A stretch of DNA of 64,000 bases from Azospirillaceae bacterium (GCA_028283825.1 JAPWJW010000004.1:2292-66291); one strand, 5' to 3'; shown: positions 1 through 8,487, counted from the stretch's first letter. Numbers and translations are program-made. The notes: generated by a model from the sequence alone, not told the origin.

Positions 1-258
1 GGCCGGATCCAGACCACCGAAGACATAGGTCCAACGATCCTGTCCCTGCATCGCCGCGCTGGGTCCCCGGTTGCAATTGGCCAGGCAGTCCACGGGCACG
101 ACGCTGATGGTGCAGGCGGTGGGGGTATCGCATGCCGCCGTCTCGGCCGCTTGATACAACATCGCACCGGGACGAGGGGTGGCGTCATCGGGCGGCGGGC
201 CGTCGGTTGGCTGGGGCCCCCGACAGCCGCGGCAGACATAGATCGTGATGTCATTCAT
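1..258 (-). CDS. DUF1636-like predicted metal-binding protein, N-terminal part (open at window edge)
   Basis: Own minus-strand translation from ATG at 258: MNDITIYVCRGCRGPQ...VPVDCLANCNRGPSAAMQGQDRWTYVFGGLDPA. Cys motifs and YVFGGL block resemble DUF1636. In frame to position 1. Confidence 0.5.
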   Translation of the reverse strand, partial: MNDITIYVCRGCRGPQPTDGPPPDDATPRPGAMLYQAAETAACDTPTACTISVVPVDCLANCNRGPSAAMQGQDRWTYVFGGLDPA

Positions 259-370
259 GGGGAAACGGTGTCTCGGCAGGGCTATCGTTGCAACTGGGGG
301 CGACCTTAGAGCAGATCGGGGAAAGGCGGAATCGCCTTGGAGCGTGGAAGTGCTCTTAAGCTGTTCATGA

Positions 371-418
371 TAGAGCGGAACGCGATCAGGTGATTCCACC
401 TGATCGCGTTCCGCTCTA
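371..418. repeat. Perfect palindrome: 22-bp arms, 4-nt loop
   Basis: TAGAGCGGAACGCGATCAGGTG attc CACCTGATCGCGTTCCGCTCTA, read directly. Lies between divergent genes. Confidence 0.9.
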
Positions 419-629
419 AGCGGGGGGCACGCCGGTGGAAATAAAATCGGAGGCCGCATTCCCCAGAGATGGGCGCCGCGCCATCTGTCCCTGGGGCGGC
501 GGCGTGAGTTGAAGAGGTGCGTTGCGGTGCGCGACCATGTCCCTTAAGAGGTTGAAGGCACGCGGTGTGCGATTTGAGGCATATGTATGGAGGCCTTGGC
601 CGGCAGGGCGGGGTCGATAGGGGTGGCAA

Positions 630-1610
630 ATGACGACAACGCCGACCGTCCTGGTCGTCGGGGGTGCTGGCTTCGTGGGAAGCCATGCGTGCAAGGCCTT
701 GGGTGCTGCCGGTTTCACGCCGGTGGTTTATGACGACCTTTCCAACGGTGTGCGCGACGCCGTCCGCTGGGGCCCGTTCGAACAGGGCGGCCTGGCGGAC
801 GAGGACAGGCTGACGGCGGTCCTGCGTCAATACCGTCCCGCCGCTGTCCTGCATTTCGCCGCTTTCATCGAGGCCGGGCAGTCGGTGCGGGAGCCGGGCC
901 GGTTCTACGCCAACAATGTCGCCGGCACGCTGGCCCTGCTGCGCGCCATGGCGACGGTCGATCTGGCGCGCATCGTCTTTTCATCGACGGCTGCCGTGTA
1001 CGGCAACCCCCAGATCGTGCCCATTCCGGAGCGCCATCCCTTGGCGCCGGTCAACCCCTATGGCCGCAGCAAGCTGATGGTGGAGGAGATCCTGGCGGAT
1101 CTGTCGGCGGCCCAGTCGCTGCGCTTCGCCGTCCTGCGCTATTTCAACGCCGCAGGTGCCGATCCGGAAGGCGAACTGCGGGAAAACCACAAGCCGGAAA
1201 CCCACCTCATCCCCCTGGCCCTGCAGGCGGCGTTCGGCCAGCGTCCGGAGCTTACCCTGTTCGGCACGGATTACGACACGCCGGACGGCACCTGCATCCG
1301 CGACTACGTCCACGTCGCCGACCTGGCCTCGGCTCACGTGCTGGCGCTGAAGCGGCTGCTGGCGGGGGGCGACAACCTGATCGCCAACCTGGGCACCGGC
1401 CGTGGCCATTCGGTGCGCGAGGTCATCGACACCGTCGCCACCGTCACCGGTCGGCCGGTTCCCGTTCGCCAGGCTGGCCGGCGGCCGGGCGACCCGGCCA
1501 TCCTGGTGGCGGACGCCTCCTATGCCCGGCGCGAGCTGGCCTGGGCGCCACGCTTTCCGGAACTGGCCGACATGGTTCGGCACGCCGCCGCGACCCTGCC
1601 AGGGCTGTAA
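630..1610 (+). CDS. galE: UDP-glucose 4-epimerase
   Basis: N-terminal Rossmann motif VLVVGGAGFVGSH, SSTAAVYG, PYGRSK (YxxxK) and DGTCIRDYVHVxD blocks typical of GalE. 326 aa. Confidence 0.85.
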   Translation: MTTTPTVLVVGGAGFVGSHACKALGAAGFTPVVYDDLSNGVRDAVRWGPFEQGGLADEDRLTAVLRQYRPAAVLHFAAFIEAGQSVREPGRFYANNVAGTLALLRAMATVDLARIVFSSTAAVYGNPQIVPIPERHPLAPVNPYGRSKLMVEEILADLSAAQSLRFAVLRYFNAAGADPEGELRENHKPETHLIPLALQAAFGQRPELTLFGTDYDTPDGTCIRDYVHVADLASAHVLALKRLLAGGDNLIANLGTGRGHSVREVIDTVATVTGRPVPVRQAGRRPGDPAILVADASYARRELAWAPRFPELADMVRHAAATLPGL

Positions 1611-1684
1611 CCTTCATCCCGTCATCGGGCCGCCGGCATCGGCGGTCCGATATTTGTCTTGAATGGGAATGATCATTCCCTAAT

Positions 1685-2022
1685 ATGGCGGCCATGACAC
1701 CGCCGCTGCCGCCATCCTTGTCCTCCTCTTCCAGCCGCCGGACGCCGGCCCGCGGCCGCTCTCCCGGGCGGCCGCGTGAGTTCGACATGGACCAGGCGTT
1801 GGACCGGGCCATCGCCGTCTTTCGGGAACGCGGCTATCACGCGGCCTCCATCGCCGACCTGAAGGCGGCCCTGGGCCTAACCCCGGGCAGTCTGTACAAG
1901 GCGTTCAAGGACAAGCGCGCCATCTATCTGGCCGCCTTCGGCCGTTACACCATCTTGCGTGCGGCCGCGTTGACGGAGCGTCTGGCGGGCCAGACCACCG
2001 GCCGCGCCCGGCTGGAGGCGAT
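1685..2022 (+). pseudogene. TetR-family regulator, N-terminal (HTH) fragment interrupted by prophage
   Basis: HTH region FRERGYHAASIADLKAALGLTPGSLYKAFKDKRAIYLAAF. The reading frame leaves TetR-like sequence exactly at the prophage left end. Confidence 0.8.
2018..2022. repeat. Target-site duplication, left copy (GCGAT)
   Basis: GCGAT immediately precedes the TG terminus. An identical pentamer follows the CA terminus at 43817-43821. Confidence 0.8.
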
Positions 2023-2050
2023 TGTTAGGGGACACCTGAGATTGGAGTGA
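2023..2050. repeat. Left terminal inverted repeat (attL terminal transposase site)
   Basis: TGTTAGGGGACACCTGAGATTGGAGTGA versus the reverse complement of the right end TGAAGCGCGCCACTTAAGTTTGGACTGA: 18 of 28 identical, shared core CAC.T.AG.TTGGA.TGA. Confidence 0.65.
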
Positions 2051-2233
2051 GGCGGGATCTGACGGGACATACCGGGATCCTGTGGGACAACCCAGGCAAT
2101 CCGCCATCCACAGCCCCACCACGGCGCGCGCCTCGGGATTGGCGTTGAAATTGGACGGCGCCGGCATCCGGGGCGGTTTCGACACATGAAGTTGGATTAC
2201 CGCCGCGCCAGCGTCCAGGGCTTTTAGGCCGCT

Positions 2234-2261
2234 CTTAAGCGCGCGCTGGCGCCCTCTTAAG
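2234..2261. repeat. Pair of CTCTTAAG motifs 22 bp apart inside the left end
   Basis: gCTCTTAAGcg at 2234 and cCTCTTAAGaa at 2256. The same core is arrayed at the right end. Confidence 0.5.
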
Positions 2262-2685
2262 AACGCCCAGTTCCAGGGGCGCGGCGTGCCGCCAAGAATG
2301 ACGGTCGGCAGTCGAAGGGCAATTACCGGAACGGGAATATGGCCGGTGATCGACACCAAATGACGCGAATATTTGCGCCTTGCGAATATAAGGCCCACGT
2401 CGTCGTCATCGTAATCAGGCAAAACTAACGCCATCTTAACAAATACCTCCGCATCCTCCCAAGCGGGGCGTACGCCCTGGGGGTTAGCTGCATGCGGCTA
2501 TGGAGGTACTTGCACTACCTCTGCGGTGGCCGGGCCGGCCGGTCCACCACCCCCGCTTACGCCCCGGGGGTAAGGCACAGTCAAAAGGTTTAGTCCTTTT
2601 GTGTCAACCCACAAGGGTGTAAACGCGCCATTAATGCTACCGGCAATACTACCATTGTAGCGCAGCGGGTGATGGAATGTGACGC

Positions 2686-3156
2686 TCAGCCGGCCTGCCG
2701 GTCGGTTTTTGCCTTTTCTTCCATGACCATACGGCGCTTCTCCGCGTCTGACGTGTTCACCAGGAACTGGTAGGTTTCCACCACCATTTCCGCGAACGCC
2801 CCCGGCCCTCCCAACAGCACCTCAGGTTCTTCCTGGGCCAAGCGTTGCACCGATAGGATGGCACTCCGTAGCCGCTTGGTGTCCAGCACCGCCGCCGCTT
2901 CAGCCAACGGTGCAGCCGTCTCAGCCTTCGGGCGAGCCTCGCCCTCACCGCGCAGCAGCCATTGTAAAGAAACCTGGTACAGGTCAGCAATAGCCAGGAT
3001 TTTCGAAATAGCCGGCTCGGCCTCACCGCGCTCGTAGCTACCGAGCGTGTTGTTCGGGATCCCCAAACTCTCCGCTGCATCAGAGCGGCTCATGTCCCCG
3101 CGCGCCTGGATCAGGCGCTCTGCGAAAGGGGTCTGCGGCTTCTTCGGAGGGGCCAT
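2686..3156 (-). CDS. Prophage repressor (XRE/Cro-CI-type HTH, Mu c analogue)
   Basis: MAPPKKPQTPFAERLIQARGDMSRSDAAESLGIPNNTLGSYERGEAEPAISKILAIADLYQVSLQWLL is a classic XRE HTH. Leftward, divergent from ner, at the Mu c position. Start trimmed to ATG 3156. Confidence 0.75.
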   Translation of the reverse strand: MAPPKKPQTPFAERLIQARGDMSRSDAAESLGIPNNTLGSYERGEAEPAISKILAIADLYQVSLQWLLRGEGEARPKAETAAPLAEAAAVLDTKRLRSAILSVQRLAQEEPEVLLGGPGAFAEMVVETYQFLVNTSDAEKRRMVMEEKAKTDRQAG

Positions 3157-3420
3157 TCTCTGGAACTTTCCTGGAACTGCGGTTCTCAGGCGTGCTCGCG
3201 GTTCCAGAACCGCCGCAACCATTTGAACCAAAAAGAGAAATTCGAAAATCTCGAAAAAGCCGAGCAATTAGCCGCTTGGAACTAATTTTTTTGGTGATCG
3301 AGGCTTCCAATAGTCGAAAAACACGTCTATCATCCCTCCCATAACGAACCCTTCTTCAAAGAACCCTTCTGCGACCCTACGGAGCCATGCCGGGCAATCC
3401 GTGGAAAGGAGCACTATAGC
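3157..3420. promoter_or_regulatory. Divergent early promoter/operator region (Pc / Pe analogue)
   Basis: AT-richer 264 bp between repressor and ner. Repeated CTGGAAC/TTGGAAC half-sites at 3160, 3171, 3201 (rc), 3276 and 3305 (rc). Inverted repeat GCGGTTC-CA-GAACCGC at 3198-3213. Candidate TTCCAA-N16-TATCAT rightward promoter at about 3305-3332. Confidence 0.6.
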
Positions 3421-3720
3421 ATGGGTTGGCATCCTGCCGACATCCGCGCGGCCGTTGAAAAACGCGGCTCGACGCTGAAGGCCGTGGCCGTCGCTGCCGA
3501 AGTGCATGAGGACGCCTGCCGCTTCGCCCTGCGCCACCGCCACGTCGGTGGCGAGCGCGCCCTGTCCGAATTCCTGAACATCGCGTTGTGGGAACTGTGG
3601 CCCGACCGTTGGTCCCGTCATGGCGCCCGCCTTGATCATCGCACGAAAGAGCTTCGTGAACGCCGCAACCCTATGGGGAACGCGGCTGAGCTGTCCTGTC
3701 AGAAAAATAAGGCTGCCTAG
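3421..3720 (+). CDS. ner: Ner-like DNA-binding protein (Ner/Nlp family)
   Basis: WHPADIRAAVEKRGSTLKAV...ALSEFLNIALWELWPDRW matches the Ner/Nlp pattern (W..DI.AAL.K.G.SL ... WP.R). First rightward gene, with RBS AAGGAG. Confidence 0.75.
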   Translation: MGWHPADIRAAVEKRGSTLKAVAVAAEVHEDACRFALRHRHVGGERALSEFLNIALWELWPDRWSRHGARLDHRTKELRERRNPMGNAAELSCQKNKAA

Positions 3721-3725
3721 ACATC

Positions 3726-4586
3726 ATGGTTAACGTCGCTGCACCCGCGCCAGACGCGGGATTTGAAGTCGAGATCGCCGATATTGAGGTGGCTGAACGC
3801 CTTCGGGCCATCGACCCCGCCCACGTCGCGTTGATCGCCGGGAGCATGCAGGAACGGGGACAGCTGACCCCCATCCTGGTGCGCCGCCGGCAGGGCCGGA
3901 AGGGGAAGCCGTACATCCTGGTGGCCGGTGGTCACCGTGTTGAGGCGGCCAACCTGCTGGCCTGGTCCAAGATCCGGATTGTCCTGTTCGACGGCAGTGA
4001 GGGCGACGCCCGCATGGCCGAGATCGACGAAAACCTGATCCGCCATGAACTGAACCCCTTCGACCGCGCCGTCTTCATGGCCGAGCGCAAAAACCTCTAT
4101 GAGGAACTGCACCCCGAGGCCCGCCAGGGTGGCGACCGGCGCAGCGAGGAATTTCAAAACGACACCGTGTCGGTTTGGTCGTTCTCGAAGGACACCGCTG
4201 AGAAGTGCGGCATCAACGCCCGCACCATCGAGCGTGCGGTGCGCATCGCCACCCAGCTTTGCCCCGAGGCCAAGAAGCGCATCCCCGGAACCTGGCTGGC
4301 CAAGAAGCAGGCTGAGTTGCTGGCGCTCACGCACTTGGAGCCCGCCCACCAGCTGCTGGCCCTGGACATGCTGCTGGCGTCGGCGCCGACCGTCACCACG
4401 GTGGAGGCCGCCCGGAAGATCGTTCAGGGCGTCAGGGAAGAGACCAAGTCCGACACGGATAGGCAGCTGGAAAAGCTGGTCGAAGCGTGGCAGCGGGCCG
4501 GCGCGCCTGCCCGCCGGGCTTTCCTGGCGTTGCGCCAGGCCGCTGGTGATCTGGAGACCAACCCCAAGCTTGAGCAGGTGGCGTAA
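3726..4586 (+). CDS. ParB-like nuclease (ParB/Srx) domain protein
   Basis: LTPILVRRRQGRKGKPYILVAGGHRVEAANLLAWSKI...ARMAEIDENLIR is ParB N-terminal-domain-like. Confidence 0.65.
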   Translation: MVNVAAPAPDAGFEVEIADIEVAERLRAIDPAHVALIAGSMQERGQLTPILVRRRQGRKGKPYILVAGGHRVEAANLLAWSKIRIVLFDGSEGDARMAEIDENLIRHELNPFDRAVFMAERKNLYEELHPEARQGGDRRSEEFQNDTVSVWSFSKDTAEKCGINARTIERAVRIATQLCPEAKKRIPGTWLAKKQAELLALTHLEPAHQLLALDMLLASAPTVTTVEAARKIVQGVREETKSDTDRQLEKLVEAWQRAGAPARRAFLALRQAAGDLETNPKLEQVA

Positions 4587-4801
4587 TGGGCGGCTTCGAT
4601 CCCATGGAAGCCGCCCGGCGGCACCTGGAAATGCGCCGCCGTTATATCCAGCGGATGCGTGACCTCATGAGCGCGGAGGCTTCAGTTCCTCCAACTCAGA
4701 TCGAGCAGCCGCATGCGCTACGCGGAAAACTTCTTCCCGTATCCGGCGCAAGTTCCGAAGGAGATGTTCATTCGGAGGGACTTGGGGGAGCCGTTCCATG
4801 A
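4586..4801 (+). CDS. Hypothetical small protein, probably only its 5' ~30 codons are ancestral coding sequence
   Basis: ATG overlaps the ParB-like stop (TAATG). GC3 is high for about 30 codons, then collapses where the ORF overlaps the reverse gene 4665-4955. Confidence 0.25.
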   Translation: MGGFDPMEAARRHLEMRRRYIQRMRDLMSAEASVPPTQIEQPHALRGKLLPVSGASSEGDVHSEGLGGAVP

Positions 4802-4955
4802 GAGCGTCCAACCCATCCCCCAGAAGCGCATGGTTGTGCCTCAGAAAGCCGTTGAGGATGATGGCTTGTTCCATCATGACGGCTTCCAGCGCCCGTACGC
4901 TGCCGTCAATTTCGGAAAGCCTCTCCCACAATTCCTTCGTTTCTGATTTTGACAT
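4665..4955 (-). CDS. Hypothetical 96-aa helical protein, reverse-oriented in the early operon
   Basis: MSKSETKELWERLSEIDGSVRALEAVMMEQ...ELEELKPPRS. GAGGGA RBS 5-6 nt upstream of ATG 4955. GC3 about 61% by hand count, below my rough estimate for neighbouring genes. Confidence 0.55.
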   Translation of the reverse strand: MSKSETKELWERLSEIDGSVRALEAVMMEQAIILNGFLRHNHALLGDGLDALMERLPQVPPNEHLLRNLRRIREEVFRVAHAAARSELEELKPPRS

Positions 4956-5054
4956 TGGTTCCCTCATCGGTTGTGTCGCGACGCCGAAGATAGGGGAAGC
5001 GCGGGTGGCCGTCACTATTGCGGTGGCGGCCCCCGTTGCCCGGAGGATTGCCTG

Positions 5055-5516
5055 ATGGCTCATCCGAAGGACAAGACGACGCTCGACCTGTTCGAGTGGC
5101 AGCCGCCGCAGATCGTGCACCGGTTTGAGGAAATCCGGGTACGGGCGGCCACGCTGCGCCAGCGGGTTTCCCTGGCCGTCGCTGAGACCCTGAAACAGGC
5201 GGAAGGCGAGCGCGATGCCATCGCCACGCAGGTGTCCGACTGGCTGGGGGAGACGGTCACCCTGAACATGTTGGACGCCTACGCCAGCCAGGCCCGCGAG
5301 GATCACTCCATCCCCGTGGTGCGCCTGCTCGGCCTGATCCATGCCACCGGGGATCTGCGCGTGCTGCAGATGATGGCCGAGATGTTCGGGCACTCCGTCA
5401 TCGACAACAAGTGGCTCCCCTGGGTCGAGGTCGGCCAGCTGGCCGACAAGAAGGATGAGTTCGACCGCGCCTTTGACGCGGCGCGGCGGCAAGCCAGAAA
5501 GGCGATGCGTCCATGA
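5055..5516 (+). CDS. Hypothetical early protein preceding transposase
   Basis: MAHPKDKTTLDLFEWQPPQIV... Stop overlaps the transposase start. Start trimmed from 4971 to ATG 5055. Confidence 0.6.
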   Translation: MAHPKDKTTLDLFEWQPPQIVHRFEEIRVRAATLRQRVSLAVAETLKQAEGERDAIATQVSDWLGETVTLNMLDAYASQAREDHSIPVVRLLGLIHATGDLRVLQMMAEMFGHSVIDNKWLPWVEVGQLADKKDEFDRAFDAARRQARKAMRP

Positions 5517-7468
5517 AGGAATGGTATTCCGCCTCCGAATTGGCACCCCTGTTCGGGGTCTCCATCCGCGCCGTCAACAAGAAGGCGGATGACTGGCGTA
5601 AACGGCCGATGTGGCACCCGGCCCGCAACGCCCAAGGCGTGTGGCGCCGGGCTGAGGAAGGGAACGGCTATCTCTACCACTACGCCGTCCTGCCGGCCGT
5701 GGTGAAGGCGAAGTTGGTGGTGGAGAGCGCCCCCGCCCGCGACGACGACGAACAGGAACGGGCGGCGACAAAACGCACTCTATCGGCCGAGGCGGCCTGG
5801 GACCTGTACGGCCGCGCCACCGACAAGAAGAAGACGGTGGCCAAGGGACGCCTGACCATCTTGCAGGAGGTCGAAGCCCTGGTGGTGGGCGGTGTGGCCA
5901 AGAACGTGGCCGTCGACATGGTGTGTCAGATGCGCGGCGTAGGCGTCAGCACCTTCTACCTCTGGGAACAGCGGGTATACGGGGTGGCGCGGCCCGACTG
6001 GCTGCCCATGCTGATGGATCACCGGGCCGGCCGCCAAGTCGAGGCCGAATGCCACCCCGCCGCGTGGGACTACCTCAAGTCCGATTGGCTGCGCGGTGAG
6101 GCCCCCACCTTCACCAGCTGCTTCCGGCGCCTGGAGAAAGTGGCAAAGGCCCAGGGCTGGCTACCGCTGCCGTCCGGCAAGACGCTGGAACGCAGGCTGG
6201 AAGCCCTGCCGGTGCCGGTGAAGGTGCTGGCCCGTCAGGGGCTGGAGGCGCTGAAGGACTTGTATCCGGCCCAAGAGCGCGACCGCGGCCACTTCCACGC
6301 CTTGGAGGCGGTGAACGCCGACGGCCACAAGTGGGACGTCTTTGTGCAGTGGCCTGACGGCGAAATCCTGCGCCCGCAGATGGTGGTGATCCAGGATCTG
6401 TACAGCGGCATGATGCTGGCGTGGCGGGTGGACAAGAGCGCCAACAACGAGGCGGTGCGCCTGGCCATCGGCGACATGGTCGAGCAGTGGGGCATACCCG
6501 ACAAGATTTGGCTCGATAACGGGCGGGATTTCGCCAGCAAGTGGATCACGGGTGGCACCCCCAACCGGTACCGGTTCAAGGTCCGCGAGGAAGAGCCGGC
6601 CGGTATCCTGACCACCCTGGGCGTCGAGGTGCACTGGACGACGCCCTACAGCGGCCAGTCCAAGCCCATCGAACGCGGGTTCCGAGACTTCGCCACCGAC
6701 CTGGCCAAGGATCCAGCCTTCGCCGGGGCCTACACCGGCAACAAGCCTGATGCCAAACCCGAGAACTACGGTTCCAAGGCCGTGCCGCTGGAGACCTTCC
6801 TGGCCGTCGTGGCGGACGGCATCCGCGAGCACAACATGCGGCGCAAACGGCGCAGCGCCGTGTGCGGCGGCGTCCATAGCTTCGCCGACGTGTTCAACGC
6901 CAGCTATGCCCAGGCACCGATCCGTAAGGCCTCAGGGGAGCAGCGGCGCCTATGGCTGATGGCTGCCGAACAGGTGAAGGCAAACTCCGAGACAGGCGCC
7001 GTCTCGCTCAACGACAACCGGTACCACGCCGAATTCCTGTTTGAGCATCGCAGCCGGCCGCTGGTGGTCCGCTTCGACGGCCAGAACCTGCATGCCGGCG
7101 TGCACGTCTACCGCCAGGACGGTGGGTACCTCGGATTTGCGGAGTGCGTGCACGCCGCAGGCTTCGACGACGTTACGGCCGCCAAAGAACACGCCCGGCT
7201 GCGGCGCCAGTTCATGCGAGCCACCCGCGACGCCATGGCAGCGGAAAAGCGCCTGACCATCGAAGAAGTGGCGGCCCTGCTGCCGAGGACGGAAGAGGCG
7301 CCTGCGCCGGAAACGAAGGTGGTTCGGCCCCTATTCCGCAGCAACGGGGGCGCGGCCCTGGCCGTCCAGCACGATCCCGACGCGGCGTCCGACACCATGA
7401 CCGATGCCGATTTCAGCCGCGCCTTCACCGCCGGCGTCCGCCACCTCCGGCCTGTGCCGGTGGAATGA
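5513..7468 (+). CDS. MuA-like DDE transposase
   Basis: 651 aa. N-terminal Mu-type HTH (MKEWYSASELAPLFGVSIRAVNKKA). DDE core with NADGHKWDVF and IWLDNGRDFAS. Position upstream of the MuB-like ATPase. Confidence 0.85.
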   Translation: MKEWYSASELAPLFGVSIRAVNKKADDWRKRPMWHPARNAQGVWRRAEEGNGYLYHYAVLPAVVKAKLVVESAPARDDDEQERAATKRTLSAEAAWDLYGRATDKKKTVAKGRLTILQEVEALVVGGVAKNVAVDMVCQMRGVGVSTFYLWEQRVYGVARPDWLPMLMDHRAGRQVEAECHPAAWDYLKSDWLRGEAPTFTSCFRRLEKVAKAQGWLPLPSGKTLERRLEALPVPVKVLARQGLEALKDLYPAQERDRGHFHALEAVNADGHKWDVFVQWPDGEILRPQMVVIQDLYSGMMLAWRVDKSANNEAVRLAIGDMVEQWGIPDKIWLDNGRDFASKWITGGTPNRYRFKVREEEPAGILTTLGVEVHWTTPYSGQSKPIERGFRDFATDLAKDPAFAGAYTGNKPDAKPENYGSKAVPLETFLAVVADGIREHNMRRKRRSAVCGGVHSFADVFNASYAQAPIRKASGEQRRLWLMAAEQVKANSETGAVSLNDNRYHAEFLFEHRSRPLVVRFDGQNLHAGVHVYRQDGGYLGFAECVHAAGFDDVTAAKEHARLRRQFMRATRDAMAAEKRLTIEEVAALLPRTEEAPAPETKVVRPLFRSNGGAALAVQHDPDAASDTMTDADFSRAFTAGVRHLRPVPVE

Positions 7469-7530
7469 AAAACGGGCCGGGTCACGGCAATGACCCAGCC
7501 CGCGAACACGAGAACCAAGGGGACTTTAGC

Positions 7531-8484
7531 ATGAGCGTTGTCACCAGTGAAATGATGAACCATCAGGATCCAGACGCGGTCCGCAGCCACGTTCGCGAGG
7601 CCCTGGCCGAGGACAAGATCAGCCAGGCCGAGGGCGCCCGCCGCGCCGGCATGGCGGAAAGCACCTTCGCCGCCTGGTTGGCGGGAACCTACAAGGGCAA
7701 CAACGACAAGGCGACGGCCGACGCTCAACGGTGGCTGGACGCCCGCCGGTCGCAGAAGGTCGCCGCCGCCACGGTCATGGCCAGCCCAGCCTTCGTGGAA
7801 ACCGAGACGGCCTTGGAATTCATCGGGGCGATGCAATACGCCCAGATCGCCGCCGACCTGACCACCATCGTGGGGGTGCCAGGCGTGGGCAAGACGCGCG
7901 CCGGGGAGGCCTACCAGGCGCGGACGCCGCATGTCTGGCTGGTCACGATGACGCCGACCACGTCGAAGCCCAGCGCCATGCTGGCGGAGATCTGCGCGGA
8001 AATGGACATCCCGGAGAAGTCCAGCACCAAGCAGGCCCGCGCCATCGGCCGCTTCGTGAAGGGCAAGGGCGCCTTGCTGATTGTGGACGAGGCGCAGCAC
8101 CTGCGGCCGGAGGCGTTGGACGAGCTGCGCGCCCTGAACGACCGCTACGGCCTGGGCATCGTGGTCATGGGCAACCTGACGGTGGTGTCCCGCCTGGAAG
8201 GCAAGAAAGCCGACTACGCCCAGCTGTACAGCCGCGTAGGGGTGGGCCTGACCTGCCTGAAGCCGCGTGACGGCGACGTGGCCGCGCTGATCGGCGCCTG
8301 GGGGGTTCAGGATCCGGAGGAAGTCGCCTTCCTGACCACCGTGGCCCGCAAGCCGGGGGCGTTGCGCGCCCTGGACAAGACGATGCGCCTGGCCGGCACG
8401 CTGGCGGCCGGGACCAGCGAGGCGCGCGGCATGCGCCACCTCAAGGGCGCGCGGTCGAAGCTCGGCCGTGGCGCGGAGGGCTAA
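7531..8484 (+). CDS. MuB-like AAA+ DNA transposition ATPase
   Basis: N-terminal HTH-like segment, Walker A GVPGVGKT, Walker B LLIVDEAQ. RBS AAGGGGA before ATG 7531. Confidence 0.8.
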   Translation: MSVVTSEMMNHQDPDAVRSHVREALAEDKISQAEGARRAGMAESTFAAWLAGTYKGNNDKATADAQRWLDARRSQKVAAATVMASPAFVETETALEFIGAMQYAQIAADLTTIVGVPGVGKTRAGEAYQARTPHVWLVTMTPTTSKPSAMLAEICAEMDIPEKSSTKQARAIGRFVKGKGALLIVDEAQHLRPEALDELRALNDRYGLGIVVMGNLTVVSRLEGKKADYAQLYSRVGVGLTCLKPRDGDVAALIGAWGVQDPEEVAFLTTVARKPGALRALDKTMRLAGTLAAGTSEARGMRHLKGARSKLGRGAEG

Positions 8485-8487
8485 TTC

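Noticed and set aside
306-854. Minus-strand ORFs 306-854 and 416-718 overlapping the galE promoter and 5' end
   Set aside because: No motifs and odd composition. They overlap the palindrome and the clearly coding galE.
1877-2434. 185-aa minus-strand ORF starting with a GGAGG-ATG at 2434 and reading out through the prophage left end into the antisense of the TetR fragment
   Set aside because: It has no stop codon inside the element, so its C-terminus would depend on the insertion site. GC3 is only about the bulk GC level. It spans the candidate transposase sites at 2234-2261. Kept only as a remark under the 2435-2685 finding.
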